Assembly: GCA_030141605.1 (NCBI GenBank)
Contig: JAQGDQ010002187.1
Location: forward strand, 1 to 10,470
From: Tubiluchus corallicola
Taxonomy: Eukaryota > Animalia > Priapulida
Direction of reading: 5' to 3'
Length of the DNA stretch: 10,470 bases
Shown: positions 1-9,473 of the stretch, in pieces
Layout: each line of letters starts with the position of its first letter
How positions within the stretch are numbered: position 1 is the stretch's first letter
Translations under genes and position numbers: made by a program
Notes under the pieces: model-generated
What the model was told of the DNA's origin: nothing
Database searches by the model: none
The model's input: the letters and a program-made list of their open reading frames with translations, nothing else

Positions 1-84
1 TGTATATAGTTGTAATGCCTTGTGATGCAAATCAGACAAATAAAAAAGTATTGAATTGAATTAAATTACCAACATGTTCTCTAG
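1..84 (+). repeat. Partial copy of the ~99-bp subrepeat (AATAAA + (TTGAA)n unit), cut by the window start
   Basis: TGTATATAGTTGTAATGCCTTGTGATGCAAATCAGACAAATAAAAAAGTATTGAATTGAATTAAATTACCAACATGTTCTCTAG aligns directly with the units at ~6180-6268 and ~10222-10311. Similarity stops after CTCTAG at 84. Confidence 0.92.
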
Positions 85-192
85 GAAAGAATTCCACATT
101 TAAGAAGCCCGGAAAAGAACGATTTTATTAATTTGTCTTACTGTACCACAGGCTCAGTTATTATTCTGACAAACATTGTCCACATTTTCTAA

Positions 193-214
193 TGACGTCA
201 TCACCATGACGTCA
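193..214. promoter_or_regulatory. Pair of perfect CRE/ATF palindromes (TGACGTCA), candidate only
   Basis: TGACGTCA at 193-200 and 207-214. This is a motif match only, with no functional evidence. Confidence 0.3.
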
Positions 215-296
215 CAATCTTACAAGGCAAGCATCATGGGCGCTTGCTGATAATATATGAGAGTTGGCATTTCGAGGTAAGTGGATCTTAGTCAAC

Positions 297-315
297 TGTC
301 GCCATCTGTTGGCCA
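297..315 (+). promoter_or_regulatory. CTCF-like core motif, candidate
   Basis: TGTCGCCATCTGTTGGCCA resembles the CTCF core read as YAGCGCCMYCTRGTGGCCA. Matched by eye. Confidence 0.45.
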
Positions 316-938
316 CCCAAGAAATCACTACACGCAGTGATTTTACTAACACGTAGTGTTCGAATTATCACAAAAAAATATTTTTTTAACTTGAAAAGCT
401 ACAAAATTTTGGAACGAAGTTTTTGTACTGTAGATTATTACAACGTCTTTGTAAATAATAAAGTTTATAGATTTTATTACTGCCGTAGAAGAGTATTGAA
501 AAACATGTGATTACAAGACGTCTAAAAACTTTAAAAAAGATACAGGTAATAATTATGATGATTTTTATTATTGTTTTGTGTGTGAGAGAGAGATATACAT
601 TACATCATATCACATATGTTATATTCAGTTGCACTATATAATACACACTAAATCAGATTTTACTTCTAAAATTGTTTATCTAAAACTACATATTATATTA
701 AAAGGTTATCACAGTACTTTTTAAAATTGTTCACTAATGCACTCATAGCTTTTAGCAGCTGCCAATCTAAACTTTTTTTAAAATATCTTCAAGAATAAAA
801 AACGTATCTATGAGAAATTGAACACAGGCCACGTCACGTTTAAGACGGGCAACACACAAAAAATCATTCTCGTCTAGAAAAAATGGATCACCAATAGAAT
901 ACTGGCTAAGATACTTATATACGGCTAATCCCAAAACG

Positions 939-3900
939 CTTGTGGTGTGTTAACGGCGTTTGATAATCGCGCAGTAAGTACATGTGGTGTGTTAACTGTG
1001 TTTGCAAATCGCGCAGTAAGTACCTGTGGTGTGTTAACTGCGTTTGCAAATCGCGCAGTAAGTACCTGTGGTGTGTTAACTGTGTTTGCAAATCGCGCAG
1101 TAAGCACCTGTGGTGTGTTAATGGCGTTTGCAAATCGCGCAGTAAGCACCTGTGGTGTGTTAACTGCGTTTATAAATCGCGCAGTAAGTACCTGTGGTGT
1201 GTTAACGGCGTTTATAAATCGCGCAGTAAGCACCTGTGGTGTGTTAACGGCGTTTATAAATCGCGCAGTAAGCACCTGTGGTGTGTTAACTGTGTTTGCA
1301 AATCGTGCAGTAAGTACCTGTGGTGTGTTAACTGTGTTTGCAAATCGTGCAGTAAGTACCTGTGGTGTGTTAACTGTGTTTATAAATCGTGCAGTAAGTA
1401 CCTGTGGTGTGTTAACGGCGTTTATAAATCGTGCAGTAAGCACCTGTGGTGTGTTAACTGCGTTTATAAATCGCGCAGTAAGTACCTGTGGTGTGTTAGT
1501 TGCGTTTGCAAATCGCGCAGTAAGTACCTGTGGTGTGTTAACGGCGTTTATAAATCGCGCAGTAAGTACCTGTGGTGTGTTAACGGCGTTTGATAATCGC
1601 GCAGTAAGTACATGTGGTGTGTTAACTGTGTTTGCAAATCGCGCAGTAAGTACCTGTGGTGTGTTAACGGCGTTTACAAATCGCGCAGTAAGTACCTGTG
1701 GTGTGTTAACTGTGTTTGCAAATCGCGCAGTAAGCACCTGTGGTGTGTTAATGGCGTTTGCAAATCGCGCAGTAAGCACCTGTGGTGTGTTAACTGCGTT
1801 TATAAATCGCGCAGTAAGTACCTGTGGTGTGTTAACGGCGTTTATAAATCGCGCAGTAAGCACCTGTGGTGTGTTAACGGCGTTTATAAATCGCGCAGTA
1901 AGCACCTGTGGTGTGTTAACTGTGTTTGCAAATCGTGCAGTAAGTACCTGTGGTGTGTTAACTGTGTTTGCAAATCGTGCATTAAGTACCTGTGGTGTGT
2001 TAACTGCGTTTATAAATCGTGCAGTAAGTACCTGTGGTGTGTTAACGGCGTTTATAAATCGTGCAGTAAGCACCTGTGGTGTGTTAACTGCGTTTATAAA
2101 TCGCGCAGTAAGTACCTGTGGTGTGTTAACGGCGTTTATAATTCGTGCATTAAGTACCTGTGGTGTGTTAACTGTATTTGCAAATCGTGCAGTAACTACC
2201 TGTGGTGTGTTAACTGTGTTTGCAAATCGTGCATTAAGTACCTGTGGTGTGTTAACTGCGTTTGCAAATCGCGCAGTAAGTACCTGTGGTGTGTTAACGG
2301 CATTTGCAAATCGTGCAGTAACTACCTGTGGTGTGTTAACTGTGTTTGCAAATCGTGCAGTAAGTACCTGTGGTGTGTTAACTGCGTTCGCAAATCGCGC
2401 AGTAAGTACCTGTGGTGTGTTAACGGTGTTTGCACATCACGCAGTAAGTACCTGTGGTGTGTTAACGGCGTTTGATAATCGCGCAGTAAGTACCTGTGGT
2501 GTGTCAACGGCGTTTGCAAATCGCGCAGTAAGCACCTGTGGTGTGTTAACTGCGTTTATAAATCGCGCAGTAAGCACCTGTGGTGTGTTAACGGCGTTTA
2601 TAAATCGCGCAGTAAGTACCTGTGGTGTGTTAACTGCGTTTACAAATCGCGCAGTAAGTACCTGTGGTGTGTTAACTGTGTTCGCAAATCGCGCAGTAAG
2701 TACCTGTGGTGTGTTAACTGTGTTTGCAAATCGTGCAGTAAGTACCTGTGGTGTGTTAACTGTGTTTGCAAATCGTGCAGTAAGTACCTGTGGTGTGTTA
2801 ACTGTGTTTGCAAATCGCGCAGTAAGTACCTGTGGTGTGTTAACTGCGTTTGCAAATCGCTCAGTAAGTACCTGTGGTGTGTTAACTGTGTTTGCAAATC
2901 GCTCAGTAAGTACCTGTGGTGTGTTAACTGTGTTCGCAAATCGCTCAGTAAGTACCTGTGGTGTGTTAACTGTGTTTGTAAATCGCTCAGTAAGCACCTG
3001 TGGTGTGTTAACTGCGTCTGCAAATCGCACAGTAAGTACCTGTGGTGTGTTAACTGCGTTTGCAAATCGCTCAGTAAGTACCTGTGGTGTGTTAACTGTG
3101 TTTGCAAATCGCTCAGTAAGTACCTGTGGTGTGTTAACTGTGTTCGCAAATCGCGCAGTAAGTACCTGTGGTGTGTTAACTGTGTTTGCAAATCGAGCAG
3201 TAAGTACCTGTGGTGTGTTAACTGTGTTTGCAAATCGCGCAGTAAGTACCTGTGGTGTGTTAACTGTGTTCGCAAATCGCGCAGTAAGTACCTGTGGTGT
3301 GTTAACTGTGTTTGTAAATCGAGCAGTAAGTACCTGTGGTGTGTTAACTGCGTTTACAAATCGCGCAGTAAGTACCTGTGGTGTGTTAATGGCGTTTGCA
3401 AATCGCGCAGTAAGTACCTGTGGTGTGTTAACGGCGTTTATAAATCGCGCAGTAAGTACCTGTGGTGTGTTAACTGTGTTTGAACATCGTGCATTAAGTA
3501 CCTGTGGTGTGTTAACTGCGTCTGCAAATCGTGCAGTAAGTACCTGTGGTGTGTTAACGGCGTTTGCAAATCGCACAGTAAGTACCTGTGGTGTGTTAAC
3601 TGTGTCTGCAAATCGCTCAGTAAGTACCTGTGGTGTGTTAACTGTGTTTGTAAATCGTGCAGTAAGCACCTGTGGTGTGTTAACTGTGTTTGTAAATCGT
3701 GCAGTAAGCACCTGTGGTGTGTTAACTGTGTTTGTAAATCGTGCAGTAAGTACCTGTGGTGTGTTAACTGTGTCTGCAAATCGCTCAGTAAGTACCTGTG
3801 GTGTGTTAACTGTGTTTGTAAATCGAGCAGTAAGTACTTGTGGTGTGTTAACGGCGTTTGCACATCGTGCAGTAAGTACCTGTGGTGTGTTAACGGCGTT

Positions 3901-5642
3901 TGCAAATCGCACAGTAAGTACCTGTGGTGTGTTAACTGTGTTCGCAAATCGCTCAGCAAATACCTGTGGTGTGTTAACTGCGTTTGCAAATCGCGCAGTA
4001 AGTACATGTGGTGTGTTAACTGTGTTCGCAAATCGCTCAGTAAATACCTGTGGTGTGTTAACTGCGTTTGCAAATCGCGCAGTAAGTACCTGTGGTGTGT
4101 TAACTGTGTTTGCAATTCGTGCAGTAAGTACCTGTGGTGTGTTAACGGCGTTTGCAAATCGCGCAGTAAGTACCTGTGGTGTGTTAACTGTGTTCGCAAA
4201 TCGCACAGTAAGTACCTGTGGTGTGTTAACTGCGTTTGCAAATCGCACAGTAAGTACCTGTGGTGTGTTAACTGCGTTTGCAAATCGTGCAGTAAGTACC
4301 TGTGGTGTGTTAACGGCGTTTGCAAATCGCACAGTAAGTACCTGTGGTGTGTTAACTTTGTTCGCGAATCGCTCAGTAAGTACCTGTGGTGTGTTAACTG
4401 TGTTTGCAAATCGCGTAGTAAGTACCTGTGGTGTGTTAACTGTGTTTGCAAATCGCACAGTAAGTACCTGTGGTGTGTTAACTCTGTTCGCGAATCGCTC
4501 AGTAAGTACCTGTGGTGTGTTAACTCTGTTCGCGAATCGCTCAGTAAGTACCTGTGGTGTGTTAACTCTGTTCGCGAATCGCTCAGTAAGTACCTGTGGT
4601 GTGTTAACGGCGTTTATAAATCGCGCAGTAAGTACCTGTGGTGTGTTAACTGTGTTCGCAAATCGCGCAGTAAGTACCTGTGGTGTGTTAACTGCGTTTG
4701 CAAATCGTGCAGTAAGTACCTGTGGTGTGTTAACTGTGTTCGCAAATCGCGCAGTAAGTACCTGTGGTGTGTTAACTGTGTTCGCAAATCGTGCAGTAAG
4801 TACCTGTGGTGTGTTAACTGTGTTTGCAAATCGTGCAGTAAGTACCTGTGGTGTGTTAACTGTGTTCGCAAATCGCGCAGTAAGTACCTGTGGTGTGTTA
4901 ACTGCGTTTGCAAATCGTGCAGTAAGTACCTGTGGTGTGTTAACTGTGTTTGCAAATCGTGCAGTAAGTACCTGTGGTGTGTTAACTGTGTTCGCAAATC
5001 GCGCAGTAAGTACCTGTGGTGTGTTAACTGTGTTTGCAAATCGCGCAGTAAGTACCTGTGGTGTGTTAACTGTGTTCGCACATCGTGCAGTAAGTACCTG
5101 TGGTGTGTTAACTGTGTTCGCACATCGTGCAGTAAGTACCTGTGGTGTGTTAACTGTGTTTGCAAATCGCTCAGTAAGTACCTGTGGTGTGTTAACTGTG
5201 TTCGCACATCGCGCAGTAAGTACCTGTGGTGTGTTAACTGTGTTCGCACATCGTGCAGTAAGTACCTGTGGTGTGTTAACTGTGTTCGCACATCGAGTAG
5301 TAAGTACCTGTGGTGTGTTAACTGTGTTCGCACATCGTGCAGTAAGTACCTGTGGTGTGTTAACTGTGTTTGTAAATCGTGCAGTAAGTACCTGTGGTGT
5401 GTTAACTGTGTTCGCACATCGTGCAGTAAGTACCTGTTGTGTGTTAACTGCACTTGTAAATCGTGCAGTAAGCACCTGTGGTGTGTTAACGGCGTTTATA
5501 AATCGCGCAGTAAGTACCTGTGGTGTGTTAACTGTGTTTGCACATCGTGCAGTAAGTACCTGTTGTGTGTTAACTGTGTTTGTAAATCGCGCAGTAAGTA
5601 CCTGTGGTGTGTTAACTGTGTTTGCAAATCGCGCAGTAAGTA
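939..5642. repeat. 42-bp tandem minisatellite, 112 units; consensus CCTGTGGTGTGTTAACTGYGTTTGCAAATCGYGCAGTAAGTA
   Basis: Unit starts at 939 and 5643 are 4704 bp apart, exactly 112 x 42. The uninterrupted 14-aa periodicity of the 947-5674 translation shows there are no indels. Units differ by substitutions only. Confidence 0.99.
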
Positions 5643-5975
5643 CTTGTGTTCGCGAAAGTAAAAATGCCGCATGACGTTTTAAAAACTGCAATTTACTTTT
5701 TTTACGAATTTTGTAGTTTTAATTTCTATTTATTTACTAAAGTACACTGCCTTATATCAACTTATAATTTTATATCAGATGTAAAAAATGTTTTTATGAA
5801 TTAATAATGATAGGCTCATTCAATTACAGCGTTTTAAAAAGCAAATGTTTGATTTGATACCTGCGAATTGACGTTTTTAATACCTCTAATCTCATTTGTC
5901 TGTATTATTATCATTAATTGTTTTTATAACTGAATATTGTTTTTAACTTTGAGCTATTTTGTATGTACTTTTCAG

Positions 5976-6008
5976 TCTGCACCATGCATGTGCTGGCGCC
6001 ATCTCGTG
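5976..6008 (+). other. Candidate 33-nt exon, copy 1
   Basis: TTTTAAC (branch-like, 5941-5947)...TACTTTTCAG | 33 nt | GTGAGT. Length divisible by 3, no stop in any + frame. No transcript evidence. Confidence 0.3.
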
Positions 6009-6087
6009 GTGAGTCTCGAAAGCTCACGTTCCTACCCTCCTCGGGGCTGATTTGTACAATTTGCAAACCGTAGCTGTTTTTATTCTC

Positions 6088-6470
<383 letters not shown>

Positions 6471-6996
6471 CTAGGATGGCATAACGAGTGGGCATAATTT
6501 TCAAGGAAAGAAAAAATTGAAGTACAGTGCTACTGTATATCATTCAGTGTGAAAATGACATATGAAAACTTGACTAATTTTAAGTTTATAATTCAAGATT
6601 CAAGTTTACAGCTGAACTCACACCTGAGCTAACGTGTGCACCACGTCACACCTGAACACATTTGAACTAAGTGGTACAGCACCGCTTTTTGTGCAAGAGG
6701 TTTAACCGCGAAGAACTTGTGGTGCGAATGCAATTTCAACTCTGCACTAATAATTCTTTCACTAAGCCATTCTTGAAAAAATAGTATTTTCCTTTCAACT
6801 TTCATAGTTTACATTGTTTTGAGGTGTAGGATCCTCAAACCTGTCTATATGATTCGGTTGTTGACTCTCAAATCTTTCTTTTCTCTGCTCCATCAACACA
6901 ACTTTCGAACATTCAGAATCTTAAACGTTACGATGCTTTAAAACTCCAAATTTTAGACTCTCTCCAGCCACACGATACTTCATGTCTCACAACTTG

Positions 6997-7176
6997 GCAC
7001 AAAGTCACGGCGCGGTTTGACACAACTGGGTTGCTAATATCGATTTTTTGTAGCACAAAGTCACGGCATGGTTTGACACAACTGGGTTGCTAATATCGAT
7101 TTTTTGTAGCACAAAGTCACGGCGCGGTTTGACACAACTGGGTTGCTAATATCGATTTTTTGTAGTTCAAAGTCAC
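6997..7176. repeat. 56-bp tandem repeat, ~3.2 copies
   Basis: GCACAAAGTCACGGCGCGGTTTGACACAACTGGGTTGCTAATATCGATTTTTTGTA starts at 6997, 7053 and 7109, with a partial copy from 7165. Confidence 0.97.
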
Positions 7177-7521
7177 ATCCTGGTCTGTCAAAGCGGTACA
7201 AACAGTCATTTTTAGTTCAACAGACACAGGTAAACGTTATATAATTGCTTTGTCGTCCCAATTAGTCCACTTCTCTCTTCAAAGTGCTCTCTTTTTCCTG
7301 GTTTGAATGTCACCAGGTCGCTGAACTTTTTTATCCCACCACTTGGGGGCATTAGTTGTATTTGAAACACGGCTCAAAGGCCTAGCTAATGTTCAGTCTT
7401 CACTGTAAATTTCCTGGCTTCTCTTACTGCAGTGTAGATCGGTCAGACTTGGAGGAAGATTTCATGGAAGGCTGTTTAGCTGGGATAGTGTTTATCCCGA
7501 TTCTGTGATGCCCTGCGTCAC

Positions 7522-7542
7522 GACTACATTTCCCGGGAATGC
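7522..7542 (+). promoter_or_regulatory. ZNF143/Staf-like ACTACA-nn-TCCC motif overlapping a TTCCCGGGAA palindrome, candidate
   Basis: GACTACATTTCCCGGGAATGC versus the known motif ACTACAWTTCCCAGVATGC, with one extra base before ATGC. Confidence 0.3.
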
Positions 7543-7614
7543 TCCCGGTGGAAACAGTTTATAGTTTTCTGGATTGATGGACGTCCGAGCGTGGTTTCAG
7601 CGACGGACAGACAG

Positions 7615-8318
7615 GAAAGGGGCGTTTCCAGGTGCAGTAGTGAGTACATGTGAAAGGGGCGTTTCCAGGTCCAGTAGTGAGTACATGTGAAAGGGGCGTT
7701 TCCAGGTCCAGTAGTGAGTACATGTGAAAGGGGCGTTTCCAGGTCCAGTAATGACTACACAAGAAAGGGGCGTTTCCAGGTGCAGTAGTGAGTACACAAG
7801 AAAGGGGCGTTTCCAGGTCCAGTAATGAGTACACGTGAAAGGGGCGTTTCCAGGTCCAGTAGTGAGTACACAAGAAAGGGGCGTTTCCAGGTCCAGTAGT
7901 GAGTACATGTGAAAGGGGCGTTTCCAGGTCCAGTAATGAACACACAAGAAAGGGGCGTTTCCAGGTCCAGTAATGACTACACAAGAAAGGGGCGTTTCCA
8001 GGTCCAGTAAGGTGTACACATGCAAGGGGTGTTTCCAGGTCCAGTAGTGACTACACAAGAAAGGGGCGTTTCCAGGTCCAGTAGTGAGTACACGTGAAAG
8101 GGGCGTTTCCAAGTCCTGCAATGAGCACGCATGAAAGGGGCGTTTCCAGGTCCAGTAATGAGTACACGTGAAAAGGGCGTTTCCAGGTCCAGTAATGAAC
8201 ACACAAGAAAGGGGCGTTTCCAGGTCCAGTAGTGAGCACACGTGAAAGGGGCGTTTCCAGGTCCAGCAATGAGCACACATGAAAGGGGCGTTTCCAAGTC
8301 CATTAGTGATTCACAAGT
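7615..8318. repeat. 37-bp GC-rich minisatellite, ~19 units; consensus GAAAGGGGCGTTTCCAGGTCCAGTARTGAGTACACRW
   Basis: Unit starts at 7615, 7652, 7689, 7726, 7763 ... 8281 (666 = 18 x 37). The last unit is degenerate. Confidence 0.98.
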
Positions 8319-8827
8319 GATTAGTGCAAAGAGGAGGATATTAGCGGCTTCTTTTGAACTTTGTTTGAAGCCATACAAACCGAGATTGTTAGCTTGCGGC
8401 TTCTACAAACAGACGATACATCTGGTATACAAATCGCTGACCCCCCCCCCGGCCACGTTTTTTGATATAACTCCACACAATGATTATATCACAATCGCTG
8501 AATTTTTAGCATACTTTCCCTTTATTATATAAAGCTTTGACTTTCCTAAAGTAAAATAATTGGTTAAAGTTTATTTATTCTTGTGGTTAAAGCTGCTGGC
8601 TGATTATTGTTGTTTATTGCGTGGCGAGTGAGGGAGCCACAATGGGCATGGCAAACTATCAAGACTTTATATATATTTATAAATAACAACCACAACACGG
8701 TAAATATAAGAGGATAGTAATGCCAGCCCTCTGTCCTCAAGTCAGTTCCTCATCTCCCCCCGAGGTGCGGGTCTCAAAACACTTTTGTCTAACTACCTAA
8801 TGCGCCGTGAGCTTCTGCGCATAAGAA

Positions 8828-8920
8828 TTACATCATCAATATTTTAATAATTAATCATTAATTTAATAATGTAATCTCCAATTTAATCAAAATTACTATT
8901 TAACACAGCTTTCCTTTACT
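8828..8920 (+). repeat. 93-bp direct repeat, left copy
   Basis: Ungapped alignment to 9381-9473 (offset 553), 13 mismatches by hand count (~86% identity). Confidence 0.92.
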
Positions 8921-8949
8921 TCCTGTATTGAAATCGCTTCAGAGAAATC

Positions 8950-9338
<389 letters not shown>

Positions 9339-9380
9339 GTCACACCTAACTAGACTTCTATCCACGACGATAGTTTAATC

Positions 9381-9473
9381 TTGCATCGTCAAGCATTTAA
9401 TCTTGAATCATTAATTTAATAATTTAATCACCAATTTAATCAAAATCATTATTTAACACAGCTTTTCTTTACT
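9381..9473 (+). repeat. 93-bp direct repeat, right copy
   Basis: Matches 8828-8920 without gaps. Confidence 0.92.

Noticed and set aside
78-84. Helitron 3' end at CTCTAG of the 99-bp unit
   Set aside because: There is no GC-rich hairpin just upstream and no identifiable 5' TC terminus. CTAG alone is insufficient.
939-5642. CRISPR array (constant part as repeat, variable part as spacer)
   Set aside because: The putative spacers are near-identical variants of one sequence and only ~19 nt long. There are no cas genes and the context is eukaryotic.
915-5691. ORFs in several frames (TCGVLT..., WCVNCVCKS..., LTHHRYLL..., VNTPQVLTARF...) as real CDSs, including Cys-rich or His-rich metal-binding proteins
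   Set aside because: They overlap in four frames on both strands, have almost no non-repeat sequence, and simply translate the 42-bp unit.
394-5721. Inverted match CTACAAAATT (399-408) / AATTTTGTAG (5707-5716) as TIRs around the array
   Set aside because: Only ~10 AT-rich bases, it does not extend, and no TSD is visible.
6627-6985. Possible decayed coding sequence on the minus strand (e.g. ...VLMEQRKERFESQQPNHIDRFEDPTPQ...)
   Set aside because: Short pieces separated by stops and a frameshift, with no motif I can recognise. A TBLASTX or HMM search would be needed to support a pseudogene or TE call.
7615-8318. Second CRISPR-like array
   Set aside because: The variable portions are short and mutually homologous, so this is an ordinary minisatellite.
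7559-8378. Minus-strand ORFs with Cys/His and KRPF motifs that superficially suggest zinc fingers
   Set aside because: The 37-bp unit cycles the same peptides through all three frames, and there is no C-x2-C...H-x3-H spacing.
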